Assembly (NCBI GenBank): GCA_964016885.1
Contig: OZ024740.1
Coordinates: 164,548,001 to 164,612,000, forward strand
Length of the DNA stretch: 64,000 nucleotides
From: Eledone cirrhosa
Lineage: Eukaryota
Direction of reading: 5' to 3'
The notes under the pieces were generated by a model. It had not been told where the DNA came from, searched no databases, and was given only the letters and a program-made list of their open reading frames with translations. Made by a program: the position numbers and the translations under genes. Shown here one piece after another: positions 45,040 through 58,419 of the stretch. Every line of letters starts with the position of its first letter. The first letter of the stretch is position 1.

Positions 45040-45040
<1 letters not shown>
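44492..45040 (-). mobile_element. Family A tandem unit (period about 431 bp) with two HHRs (44572-44612, 45003-45039)
   Basis: tactagtttcaagcttattagctatcgtcag occurs twice, 431 bp apart. Confidence 0.88.
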
Positions 45041-45079
<39 letters not shown>

Positions 45080-45188
45080 CTATCGTCAGCTATGTATATA
45101 TATACACACATACAGTTATATATATATATATATATATATACACACTATCGTCAGCTATATATATATATATATACACACATACACACAT

Positions 45189-45252
<64 letters not shown>

Positions 45253-45329
45253 ATATATATATATGTATATATATATATATGACAAGTAAGTATGTTTTGA
45301 AACAGTGAGCGGGTTTGTGTGTATATATG

Positions 45330-45409
<80 letters not shown>

Positions 45410-45420
45410 CACACATATCT

Positions 45421-45668
45421 ATCTAAGGCGGGTAAAATTCCCGAGATCCATGGACGAGTTCTCTCCAGCGGTCTCTGTCCCTCATTTTCGCTGCCATGTC
45501 CTGCGTCTCCAACAGACCAGTGTCTGTCCTTAGGGCATCAACATACGTTAACCTTGGTCTTCCTCTTCTAGTGTGTCCATGTAGGGGCTCCCAAAGGAGC
45601 ACTGAGTGCAATGTCAACTCTGGATGTCGGTGAGCATGTCCAGCTAACCTCAGTCTCCTCTGTGTCAC
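45421..45668 (-). mobile_element. LINE (RTE/RTEX-like) 3' end
   Basis: [14 protein letters not shown]...[17 protein letters not shown]...REFYPP*; a shorter copy lies at 44430-44489. Confidence 0.85.
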
Positions 45669-45669
45669 T

Positions 45670-46180
<511 letters not shown>

Positions 46181-46804
46181 GAATACGCAAACACACATCC
46201 TAAGAGCCAACGAGAGAGAATGAGAGAGGGGGTGGGTATACGTTTACGCATCAACAAACACGTATACATAAATATATAAACCAGCCGAATATGCAGTAAG
46301 AACTGTAAAACTATCAAGGGGGAAAATGCACAAAAGAACATATACACCGACATATACTCGTATATATGTGTGTGTGTCTGTATGTATGAGTGTGTGTGTA
46401 TATGTGCTTGTGTAGGCTTAAATATGATAATGATGATATTAATAAATGCTTTCAGTAATCAATTTCTCAAAGATTCTGAAAGAAATCTATTAGCTAACAA
46501 TCCCCTGCGGTGTCATTTTATGAAACTTTAGAGATTAAATTATCTTTGCTAATTACAAACTGTGAAACAGAAGACTGTGTCTTAGAGCGATACGAAATAT
46601 TTCATAAACATAAAAATGCGCAACAGAATATATTTAATAAATGTTTTTTACTGCATATTTTTCATAGGATATCATGCGCGCCTTATATTAAATCACATCA
46701 CTAAGAGTGGTGACAGATTCTACTACTATTGCTTCTTCCTCTGCTGCTGCTGGTGCGGCTGTTTATTGCAAATTGCTGCATTAACAAAAAGCATCACTAG
46801 TTTA

Positions 46805-47190
46805 ATAATAATAATTGTTTTTACCTTTGGCACAAGGCCAGCAATTATTCCAGTGGTACTTTATTTCATCACCCCGTAAGGATGAAAGGCATAGTTAACT
46901 TCGGCGGGATTTGATCTCAGACCGTAAAGGGCCGTAACTATGCTGCAAAGCATGGCGTCTGACCTACCGATACTGCCAATCCACCGCCTTGAACTAGTTT
47001 AATAATAATAATGATGATTTCTACTATAGGCACAAGGCCAGCAATTTGGGGATGGGGAAGGTCGATTAAATTGACCCCGTAAGGATGAAATGCAAAGCTA
47101 ACCTCGGCCGGATTTCAACTCAGAACCTAAAGGGCCATAATTCTATGCTGCAAAGCATAGTAACTGACACTCTACCGATACTGCCAAAGC
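46805..47190 (-). mobile_element. Two tandem SINE copies
   Basis: Same family; ctagtttaataataat is duplicated around the first copy. Confidence 0.85.
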
Positions 47191-47748
47191 AAACTCACCA
47201 TGTTGATGAAACGTACCGACACATTTTTTACAAGATCCCAGGGAAACCAACAACCTACGAGGTTTTAAAAAAAAATTGCTGACATCTACCTCTTCCATTC
47301 TCACGAAGTTTCTCTCCATCTAATGTATAGGTCTCTCGTTCAGACTCGGTAGAAAGAAGAAATAAAATTGAAATCAAACGGAAAATAAATAATCCTAATA
47401 ATAAAACTAACAGCTTTTTGGGGAACAACTAGAGCCGAAACACAAAGGACAATACAAAAAAACAGAGCCAGTGAAGATTTACATAAATTGAGAAAACAGA
47501 TACCCCTCCCCCAGGTAACACATTAACAACAGAATAGCGGAAACGCCACCCAGGGGTAATTTAAGTACCAAACAGATCTGAAACACTCGATCGCCAAGAG
47601 AACAATAGGAATGTGCCTTCTACTCTCTGAATTCTCCAGCCAACAGGTGCATGCTTAGAGTATGGCTACTCACTTGGGTTATTCTCGCTACTTCCACTCA
47701 GCTTTTAACATATATACTGGGAGGTAGGACTTCCCTTTCCACACTTAC

Positions 47749-47865
47749 CTTCCATTCCAAGTAGAACTTAAAAATAGTTGTTGAAGGTTTGACAGAAGAA
47801 GAATATGTCTGTTTTCACTCCTTTCGTTGCTCCAGGAATTACTAATTTGAGGTGAATTCTTACAT
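47749..47865 (-). pseudogene. Candidate (fossil) exon
   Basis: tacag acceptor and strong aag|gtaagt donor; Ig-like FFCQTFNNYF/KFYLEWK across a 1 nt frameshift; another frame is fully open. Confidence 0.3.
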
Positions 47866-49360
47866 CTGTACTGCGCATGCATTAAAACCATAGTATTTTA
47901 GCATATGTTTAATGTGGTTTATTGTATCAAGTGTGATGTTCACAACAAACTTCAAGTAAACTCTGGAGAACTCTAGACATATTTTATATTATTTTGTGAT
48001 GACTTCTGTGATGGCTAATTTGCTAATCGATGATTCAGTGCGTGTAATGTTCTACAGATTAACGTTTATTCATAGATTCAAATAAATATAATTTAAAATA
48101 ATATTTTTCAAGTGGGCGTATGGTAAAACTCATTTATTTATCCATCTTTTCATTTATTCTTAATTACAAACTTTTCCTTTACCCATCCCTCTCATTTTCA
48201 TTCTACATTTTCTATATTCTGCTTCTTTTCTGACATTTAACTCTGTTACCTTTATATCCTTAAAGTTATGATTCTACTATTGAAAATATAATGTTTTTAG
48301 CACTCAAAACTAGTAACCATGGACGCAATTCGTTAAAAAAAGCAATGTTTTTTAAATTCTGTTTTTCTCGAGTAGATTGATTGACCAAAACTGAGTTCCG
48401 ATAACTTCTAGTTACATTGTCTAAGCTGTTATTTATCATATAATATTCTACTTGTATTTTGTGTACTCTATAACTTGTTGCTTATTACTACATTAGTACA
48501 AAGACATTATTATATTTAGATGTTTACATACAGCTGTGTAATTTTGAGTGGGTTTGCGTGTCTATTTGAGTGTATGTATGTATCTGTGTGTGTGTTTTTA
48601 TGTGTGTCTATGTGCTTGTGTGTGTGTGTTACACTGTGTGTGTTCACAATGTTTTGGTTCTTATCCCTAAGTTTATATTTCAAGCAGATGAAACGAGTGG
48701 ATCTAAAAGAACAAGAACGACTTCAAGAAATCTGACCAACGAAATTATAGGAAAACGTGAGAGTTACTATAATTCTTGTCAGTTAGTTATTGTATGAAGT
48801 TGTTTGGCTTCAAAAAGACAATTTTTGCCTATATCAAAAATAAATACACACACATTTCGTTAGGATTGTTCAAGAAATGTTTGTGTTTAATCTTTTCTTC
48901 CTTTGATTTAACACACTTTCGAACTTTCATTTTTTCATTCATCATTTACTTGTCCAGCTTTTTTATATATATATATATATATTTTGCCTTCTATTTTTTA
49001 TATATATTCCGATTTTCACTTTTCTAACTTTCTTTCTATTTTTTATTTTAATTTCTGATTTCATTCCTTTTTCACCGATGACTTTCATTCATTCTTTGAT
49101 ACTTTATATATTTGTTTCATTATCTTTTATTTACTTTCTGTATTTCCTTTTAAACTCAGTCGTCTGCTTACTCCGATGTATTTTTTTTCTTCATATGTAT
49201 ATTGTTTTCTCTTTCTCTATTCGACTTTCATGTAACGTTGTTCATTCTCCCTCTTTTCTCATGTTTCTCATTCACTTACTTTTTCTTTTTCTTTTTTTTT
49301 ATGTTTCACTTCCATTTCTTATTTTGGGATTTTTCATTTCTATTATTTCTCTCTGTTCTG

Positions 49361-49582
49361 AGGGCGGTGGATTGGCAGTATTAGTAGAGGGTCGGACACC
49401 CTGCTTTGCAGCACAGAGTTAAGTCCCTTTACGGTCTGAGTTCAAATCCCGGCGAGGTTAACGTTGCCTTTCATCCTTACGGGGTAGATAAAAATAAAGC
49501 ACCAGTAACATGCTGGGGTCGATTTAATCGAATTACCTCTCCCCCCAAATTACTGGCCTTGTGACTATACTAGAAATAATTA
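49361..49582 (+). mobile_element. Full-length SINE
   Basis: ggcggtggattggcagta A-box, gagttcaaatccc B-box, central domain. Confidence 0.88.
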
Positions 49583-50234
49583 TTTCTCTCCCTTCTGTAT
49601 ATTTATTTACACTTCTTCTTTCTAAATCTCTTTCTCTCTCTCTCTCTATTCTTCCATGTCTTTCTACTTTTCTTGGTTTCTGCTTCGTTATATTCATTCA
49701 GTCTTTCTCCATAATTTTGCTTTTCTTTCGTCATTACTTTCCTTTGAATATTCTTTAACTTCAGGTTCGTATTTTCTTTACTCTCTTTTATTTCTTCAGT
49801 CTCATTCGTTTTGCAATTCTTTAATCGATTCATTTAATTTCCTTATATATTGGGATTAAATAAAATAAAATACCAATCCAGCATGTTAGTGGAATTGTTG
49901 GAGCTTTGGACTAAATATTTTATACAATTTATTCCGATTCTTTGCATACTGATTTGAAATCAGATGTAGCTTACGTGGGTGGTGAATTTAATGCGGCACT
50001 CAGTTTAACACTGCTATCAGTCCCTTGAATGTCTTTAGTGGAGTCTAAGCTGCTGAATGCATTCGAGCCACGTCTCCACTTTAGGATACTGCCTTTCTCT
50101 CCTTGACTAAACAGTATAAGAAACAATTAATTCCCTTCCAACTTTATTTTTTTCGATTTTGTTTTCCTTGTGGTACTTATTTAAAAGTCTGTAATTCGTT
50201 TGACAATATATTTGCTTCCCCTTGGACACAGAAA

Positions 50235-50550
50235 ATCCTGATTGGTAAGGAGATCGCTTCGCAATCATTAGGTCCCGATTTTAATTCCATTATGTGGCAT
50301 CTTGGGCAAGTGTATTTACAATACACCCGGTTTGACTCATGCCTTACGTGTGAAACTGGATAGATGGAAACTGTTTAGAAGCTGATCTGATGGATTGTAC
50401 CTGTTATACACAATGTCACACATAATCTCCCTGAGAATTAGGTTAAGATTACAAGTCTGTGGTATGTTCAGCCACCTACACGTTAATTTCAGGAGTAGGC
50501 TGTATTATTGACCGAACAACTGGGCCTCTCATCGCCGAAAATGATAGTTC
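50235..50550 (+). mobile_element. Older SINE-like repeat of a second family
   Basis: ttgggcaag core and ..gtctgtgg..gccac..gtt..tttca.gag segment shared with 63740-63975. Confidence 0.55.
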
Positions 50551-51031
50551 ATTCCATAAATTCTATATTTCCACTCAATTTTCTTCTCTTTTCTTTATTC
50601 AATTACTTTAAATCATTAAATTAGATATTTACCTCTTTTATAACATTCTCCTCGTCATCTCTTAATTACCGTATTTAAATTTTATATTTTCTTTCATCTT
50701 TCGTATATTTTCTTCATTATCTCTTTTTCTTTTCTTTACTATCTCTTCTTTCATTTCTTCTTACCTCTACATATTTTTCCATTTCCTTTTATTTTTCCTT
50801 TCTTTCTTTCTTTGTTTCGCTCCGTCTCTTACATCTTTTTCTTCCATTTCTCTTTTCCTTACATTCTTCTATTCGTTTCTCTGTTTTCCTCTTTATTATA
50901 CTTACTTTCCCTCTTGTTCCTTTTACCATTTCATTATTTCCTTTCATTTCATTATTTCTTTCATTCTTTCTCTCTTTCTTGTTTCCTTTCTTTTATTTCT
51001 GCCTTCTTTTCAACATCATTATTACTTTGCC

Positions 51032-51520
51032 TGGGCGGTGGATTGGCAGTATCGCTAGAGGGTTGGACGCCATGCTTTGCAGCAACGAGTTACGGCCCTT
51101 TATGGTCTGAGTTCAAATCTCGCTGAGGTTAACTTTGCCTTTCATCCTTACTGGGTCGATAAAATAAAGTACCAGCGGTACACTGGGATAATTGGTGGCC
51201 TTGTGCCAAAAGTAGAAACAATTATTACTTTGCCTTTCATCCTTACGGGGTCGATAAAATAAAGTAGCAGTTTTGGCCTTGTGCCAAAAGTAGAAACAAT
51301 TATTACTTTTTCCGTCCATTATCATTATCGTCCATTGGTGGATTGGCAGTATCGATAGAGGGTCAGGCGCCATGCTTTGCAGCACAGTTACGTCCCTTTA
51401 CAGAGTGAGTTCAAATCTCGCCGAGGTTAACTTTGCTTTTACGGAGTAGACAAAATAAAGTACCAGTAATACACTGGAATAATTGATGGCCTTATGCCAA
51501 AAGTAGAAACAATTATCATT
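51032..51520 (+). mobile_element. Tandem SINE cluster (two near-full copies, one partial)
   Basis: Same family as the other copies. Confidence 0.88.
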
Positions 51521-52125
51521 ATCGTCCATTCGTTATTTCTCTCTCGTATATTACATTTTTTCTAACAATTTCTTCTTAGCTCCACTCCACATGATCTTAC
51601 ATTCCATGTTCCATGTAACCTTCCACTTGGTCAGCATCGCTATCATAGCCATCATCATCGCCGTCTACCATTTTGTAGTCGTTGTTATCGTCGTCGAAGC
51701 TGGTGATGTTATAATGCTTTTTTTGTGTGCGTGTGTTCAGAATTTAATATTATTATTATTATCATTATTATTTCGCCATCAAAGAATTAATTAATATGAT
51801 TTATTTATCAAAAACTAGACAGAAAACAAAACAGAAAACGACATATGAAACTGCGATCATGACTATTTAACAGAAAAATAGTGTTTCTGTCGGGTGGAGT
51901 TCATTATAGGGTGAACTTACATCCGTTTAATTACCATAAGCAACAGATACGACACTCTGCTCCCTCAGTTAATATTTGTTTTCAATTATTTCACATCTCT
52001 GAAACCGAGCAAGATAAATATTCTTAAAAAATTACAAGACATATCTTTTACAAAGAACTCGATATAAACGCAATTTCAACGAGTCAGGAATACATGTGTG
52101 CAAAGCACGCACTTTACACATTTAC

Positions 52126-52168
<43 letters not shown>

Positions 52169-52193
52169 CAGGTGTATGCGTGTATATATAAAC

Positions 52194-52316
<123 letters not shown>

Positions 52317-52412
52317 TAAAACAGGCGGTTTTATCGAAGTTGGTGATTTATGAAAAAACAAGTATTTTACTAAAATGACTTCAACCATATATGTATGTAC
52401 GTTTATAGACAG

Positions 52413-52466
<54 letters not shown>

Positions 52467-53000
52467 ATATGTATATATATAATAAAAATAATATATATAC
52501 ATTATATGTGTGTGTGTGTGTGTGTTTGTGTATATATATATATATGAATGTATGTATAGTAAATTTGGCAATATACCTTATGTTTAATTAAAAACATTTA
52601 GAAGACCATACGCTATCAGTTTTTGTGCGTGATTCTGATGGAGGTCAACCAGTGTGAAACAGACTGTCAACCTCTCTCCCTTCTTTCGCCAAAAATAAGT
52701 AAGTGCTGAACACACAAGCTGAAATCACTAGGTGCCCCGACCGGGATGTTACCTATCTCTCCACCCTCTCTACTCTCCCTCTCTCTCTTTCCCGCTTTCT
52801 CTCTCTCTCTCATCCCCCCTCTCTCTCTCACTATATATATATATATATATAATTTTATTTAATTACATACACGCATCAAAAGCGTTACCTAATGTCTCAA
52901 GGTTCAATGTTGACTATATTTCCTGATTGTAAGGAGGACCAAATTTCTGACCTAATCTTCAGGCGGTTATTCGAGTTTTTTCTTTTTTTTGTGTGTGTAT

Positions 53001-53031
<31 letters not shown>

Positions 53032-53168
53032 GTGTAGGAGTTGTATTTAATTTGTTGGAATTCCGACAAACATAAATGATTATAACTAATATAGAGCACT
53101 CAACAAGTTACTTGAGTAAATATTCTAAGATAATAATAAATGGAAAACTATATTTATAAAACCATATT

Positions 53169-53233
53169 TATTTTATTATATATATTTCAAGGGCGACCAA
53201 GCCAACCTTCGTGCGCTTTCATCAGATAAAATA
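53169..53233 (-). ncRNA. Type I hammerhead (family F)
   Basis: tattttat-CTGATGA-aagcgcac...ggtcgccctt-GAAA-tatata-TA-ataaaata; 8 bp stem I; partial inverted copy ends at 53351. Confidence 0.8.
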
Positions 53234-53351
53234 CATAATTTGTTTAATAAATAATGAATATCCAGAGAATTTCGGACCGTTAAGGTGTGATTTCCATGGG
53301 TATGTCATTATTTATAAAACAAATTTTGTATTTTATCTGATGAAAGCGCAC

Positions 53352-53410
<59 letters not shown>

Positions 53411-53416
<6 letters not shown>

Positions 53417-53646
53417 GTTAAAAATGTACATCTACATATGCATACTGAAATACTAGTATGCATATGAATACACACACGTATACATATGTAGATGTACCAA
53501 GTCTTTCACTGGTTACTTTACTGTAGATACTCACAGTAAAGTAACCAGTGAAAGACTTGGTACATCTACATATGTATACGTGTGTGTATTCATATGCATA
53601 CTAGTATTTCAGTATGCATATGTAGATGTACATTTTTAACTTAATT
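53411..53646. repeat. Apparently perfect palindrome, 114 bp arms, 8 nt loop
   Basis: Arms match by eye; each arm has an internal sub-palindrome. Confidence 0.92.
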
Positions 53647-54089
53647 GTTTAAGCGTCAGTCATACAAAAGTGAGTTACAAACGAAACGAAATTTAATTTC
53701 GTTTCGTTATTTGTTTTTTTATATATATATATATATACGTTATTCCAGGTTGAATCGGAGGTAACCGCAGTAAGTAAGTATAAAAGTTTTAATATAGATG
53801 AGATTCTACAGGACTGCCCGAACTGCATGCACAAGAACTTTGCAACTTTCAAATACTTTAAGCCAGTGTTAAAGCCCGATGGCTAAAAACGACCTCCTCC
53901 TTTTAGCCCCTATACCTCCTTCCCACCCTACCCCCACCCCTCCTCAACCTGAAATACGGTCACTATGGTTATGTGAGTACCTCTTACCTATCTGCATTTT
54001 CTGCCTGTAGAGTTGTTTTTATGTGCCTGTGTATATGCGTATATTAATTGAGTACTTATTTATTTGTATGTGTAGATATGTATTTGTGT

Positions 54090-54135
<46 letters not shown>

Positions 54136-54466
54136 TTGTGTATATGTATGTATATGTATATGTGTATATGCATGTATGTGTGTGTGTGGGAGTGTGCGTA
54201 TATGTGTGTATGTGTTTGTGTGGTTCTCTCTCTGTGTGTGTATTTATTTATATATGTGTGTATGTGTGTATGTGTGTATATATGTGTATATATGTGTGTG
54301 TATATATATATATATATATGTATGTGTATGTGTATGTGTATATGTGTATATGTATGTGTATGTGTATGTGTGTATATATATATATATGTGTATGTGTATA
54401 TATATATATATATATATGTATATACATATATATGTGTGTATGTGTATATATGTGTGTGTATATGTA

Positions 54467-54557
<91 letters not shown>

Positions 54558-54698
54558 ATGTGTATGTATATATATGTGTATATGTGTGTATATGTATGTG
54601 TGTGTATATATGTGTATATATATATAAAGAAAAAGAGATAGAATCGAAAATGCAACTGAAGTCTTATTTTTTTTATAAATATATATATTTATTTGGTT

Positions 54699-54774
<76 letters not shown>

Positions 54775-54875
54775 ATATATGTATGTGTGCACATGTATGT
54801 GTGTATGTATGTATATATGTGTGTATGTGTGTATATGTAGGTGTATGTATGTATGTGTGTGGGTGTATATATATC

Positions 54876-54934
<59 letters not shown>

Positions 54935-55039
54935 GTATGTGTGTAAGTGTGTACGTATGTGTGTGTATATTTGTGGGTGTATATATATATATATATATGT
55001 GTGTGTGTATGTGTATATGTGTGTGTATGTATATATGTA

Positions 55040-55082
<43 letters not shown>

Positions 55083-55206
55083 GTATATATATATATGTAT
55101 ATATGTATGTATGTGTATGTGTGTATATATATGTGTGTGTGTGTGTGTATATATATATATGTATATGTATGTGTGTATATGTATGTGTATATGTATATAT
55201 GTATAT

Positions 55207-55757
55207 GTCAGGTCACCAGTTGGTGCTACTGGTAACATGTATCCCAGTACAACCTGTCTCATGGTCGTGTTGTTGGCGACTAAACTGGCAATCCCACCAA
55301 GGTTTCTTGGTGAGGAGGGTGACTTTGGACATCCTGCCGGACTAAAAACAAAACCTGTCAAAGGGCAAGGGAGCTCTTAAGAGTCAATAGCCATCCAAAA
55401 TCACCGGGAGAGATGAGCCCTTAGCCTTTGTCAAGGCAGAATTCTAGGAGAAGGAAAACTCTGATATAACACCTGGTTAAGAGAGTGGGACTGGCTTTGT
55501 GCAGTGCCTTTGCTCACTATAAAAGCTTCACAGCACAGGCATTGCTTTATATCTGGAGATCTCTCTGCACTTGTCATCACATGGTACCATGGGCCCTGCA
55601 CTATGTGTCAATAATGGTCACAAGTGTAGTCTTTGTGCCAGAGTTTTCAAGTCGCTGGCTGGACTAAAAAGTCACATTCGTTCAGCGCATCGGTAGGGGT
55701 TCTCCTACATGGATATAAAGTAGTGGCCGTACTCGAAAACGAGTTGGCAGCCACCAC
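55207..55757 (+). mobile_element. RTE-like 5'UTR-derived non-coding element between microsatellites
   Basis: GC-richer block with tctaggagaaggaaaactctga, a motif I recall from RTE 5' regions; structured 5' end. Confidence 0.55.
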
Positions 55758-55758
55758 A

Positions 55759-55789
<31 letters not shown>

Positions 55790-56273
55790 ATGTGGGTGTA
55801 TGTGGGTGCGCGCGAGTGTGTGAGTGGGTGTGTTTGTGAATGTGTCTGTTGATTTTTGGCATATAATTGAATGGTTTAAGAGAAATTTGAAGATAATTGT
55901 ATGATATGCACTCAATATTTTGAATTGGTCTACAGAATTCTCTAGGCCTTTGTCACTTAGTAGAACCTTAAAGAATTTAGCTTTTAAAGAATCTCCCTTT
56001 TCTTTAAATCCATCAACCATGACTGACCCCCAATGATCTTATAGACACCTGTTAGCTTAAGAGAAACTTAAAAATAAGGAGTGGCATCCCATCCCGAACT
56101 TGTTTATAGAATTCTCTCTGCGTTTGTTACTCTAAAAATAAACTATAGCTTCGAAGAATTAGCTTTTAATGAATTCCCTTTTCTATCAACCAATGACCTA
56201 CACCCATCCCACTCCCTACCCTCTCCTACCACCTGAAGAGCCCTATAAATACCATACTTATTTTTTGATACCC

Positions 56274-56324
56274 AGATTCCTGATGATTTCTAAAGAATGA
56301 AACAGTTCTAGTCCTGTAGAATCT
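56274..56324 (+). ncRNA. Type I hammerhead (family G)
   Basis: agattc-CTGATGA-t ttct aa agaa t-GAAA-cag ttctagtc ctg-TA-gaatct. Confidence 0.88.
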
Positions 56325-56338
56325 CATCTATATTAAAA

Positions 56339-56371
<33 letters not shown>

Positions 56372-56565
56372 CGTTTCTGAAATATATATATAAATATATA
56401 TAAATATATATATAAATATATATAAACAACTGTCTGGTTGTGGAAGCAACCAACCAACCAGAAATTTATAAATTTATAAATTTATTATAAATTTATTATA
56501 ATAAATTGAAGTGAAAGCAACAGGTGCGTGTGTTTCTTATTGGCAACATGACCCTCCCAAAGTAT

Positions 56566-56609
<44 letters not shown>

Positions 56610-56620
56610 TTACATATATG

Positions 56621-56929
56621 ACTGGTGTAGTTTATTATACTATGATCATTTCAATGACCGGGTTCAGTATGAATCCGGTAACATCATCAGGTAATTCAAA
56701 ATATAACGAAGGAATATAACAGATAAAAATCCATTGTGCTGAAAATGAGAGGTAGAAGCTGCTAAATTGCCGGTTGCCCTCCTGTCTCTGATTTTCAGCA
56801 CCATGGATTTTTATCTCTTATATTCCTTCGTTATATTTGGAATTACCTGATGATGTAACCGGATTCATACTGAACCTAGTCATTGAAATGATCATAGTAT
56901 AATAAACCTTTCATGGATTTACACCAGTC
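56621..56929. mobile_element. Fold-back with an HHR in each arm (family H: 56638-56693 minus, 56844-56899 plus)
   Basis: tac-CTGATGA-..accgg attca tac tgaac ccggt..-GAAA-tgatca-TA-gta; about 110 bp inverted arms. Confidence 0.88.
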
Positions 56930-57478
56930 CAGCCTCCTATTATTTTATAATATTTAACTCCGTACTCGCACCACCAACTACACAAAAGAAGACGGGTGAG
57001 TTGCATTACGTTGAGTGCTCTCCATAATATTACATCGAGGTTGACCATACATAATGACCAGTTCTATCCAGTGGTGAACCAACAAACCCAAATGAATAAA
57101 TAAATATATATATATAATGCACACACACACTCACACACACACTCAAACACAAACACACACAAACACATACACACACACTCACACATTTATATGTATCGAT
57201 GTACATGCACACACACACATGCCTGTGTATATATTATTTATTTAACCTTAATTTCTCTTCGTCGCTTCTTGTGTTTCTCTCCCCCTGTGTGAACCTTGGG
57301 TTGCCAGAACATCTACATATAAATATATTTATTTACGTACGTATAGCACGGAGTGCATGTGTATAAACCCACACGCACCGTGTTATATTTTGACGGTATT
57401 AGCTCACATGTACGAGAACAAGGCCGTTATATGTAAAAGAAACCAAAGAACGCTTACATACTCAAACAGTTTTTATTT

Positions 57479-57523
57479 GCTTACAATGTTTCATCCATAC
57501 CGTTGGGTAGGAATCATCAGAGC
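57479..57523 (-). ncRNA. Type I minimal hammerhead (family I)
   Basis: gct-CTGATGA-t tcc tacc caac ggta t gga t-GAAA-cattg-TA-agc. Confidence 0.8.
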
Positions 57524-57842
57524 CTAATAAACACGGTGATGAGTATAAGCTCTACCAAGCTTAGTCACACGAACAATCGGAATACAATAGAGGGTAAAGA
57601 TAGGGAGATCGGAGAGGGCGAATAAGGAGAGAGTACATGCTGGTGTTGTTAAGCACCACAGCTAAATACTAGGGCACAAGCAGATCTCACAAGATGCAGA
57701 TACAATTGATGGCCCACAAAATCAAAAAATACAAACAATGGTTAAAACATAATAAAAAAGTAAAAGGAAGATAATATAAAGAGATATAAAGTGAATAAAA
57801 AGTAGAAGATATTTAAAAAAATTTTTTTAAAGGAAAGAAGTG

Positions 57843-57958
57843 AAAAAAGAAAGAAAAAAAAAGAAAAAAGAAAAAAGAAAAAAGAAAAAAGAAAAAAGAA
57901 AAAAGAAAAAAGAAAAAAGAAAAAAGAAAAAAGAAAAAAGAAAAAAGAAAAAAGAAAG
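57843..57958. repeat. (GAAAAA)n tract
   Basis: Directly visible. Confidence 0.9.
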
Positions 57959-58419
57959 AGCTTTAAGCACATAAAAAAGCCAGAGGAATTTAAGCGCTGG
58001 TCCCAATATAAGTGAATAGGATCTCAGTAACTTATAGTTATATAAGCACTAATATGTTCTTAAGGTACATCCAGAAAGACCACAGTAATTAAAATCCCCT
58101 CCATGGTATACATATACAAGGTATACTGGTAGGTACTTGAATTACGTAGCCCCAGGGTGTTCCACAAGAATATACATATATGAACATATATGTATATAAC
58201 ATTTCATTGCATCTTTATCTTTAACATTTTCGATGTTACTCTGATGGTAGTTGTAGTATATTTAATACTAAATTTCCGCTTGTATTCTCCATTTATTTTA
58301 TACCATTTGTTTACCGTTCTGTGTATGGTAATCACCCTCATTTTGATTTCGATATTGAATGCGACATAACAGCAACAATATTCAAGGGCACCCAGGAAGA
58401 GCATCCATCTTCTCCTCAA

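Noticed and set aside
52935-52966. CTGAAGA..GAAA..TC on the minus strand
   Set aside because: No stems pair; likely chance
54023-55361. Long ORFs rich in YI/CV/HT (also 45568-46353, 60460-61368 and many more)
   Set aside because: Translations of TA/CA/TG microsatellites, which lack stop codons; not genes
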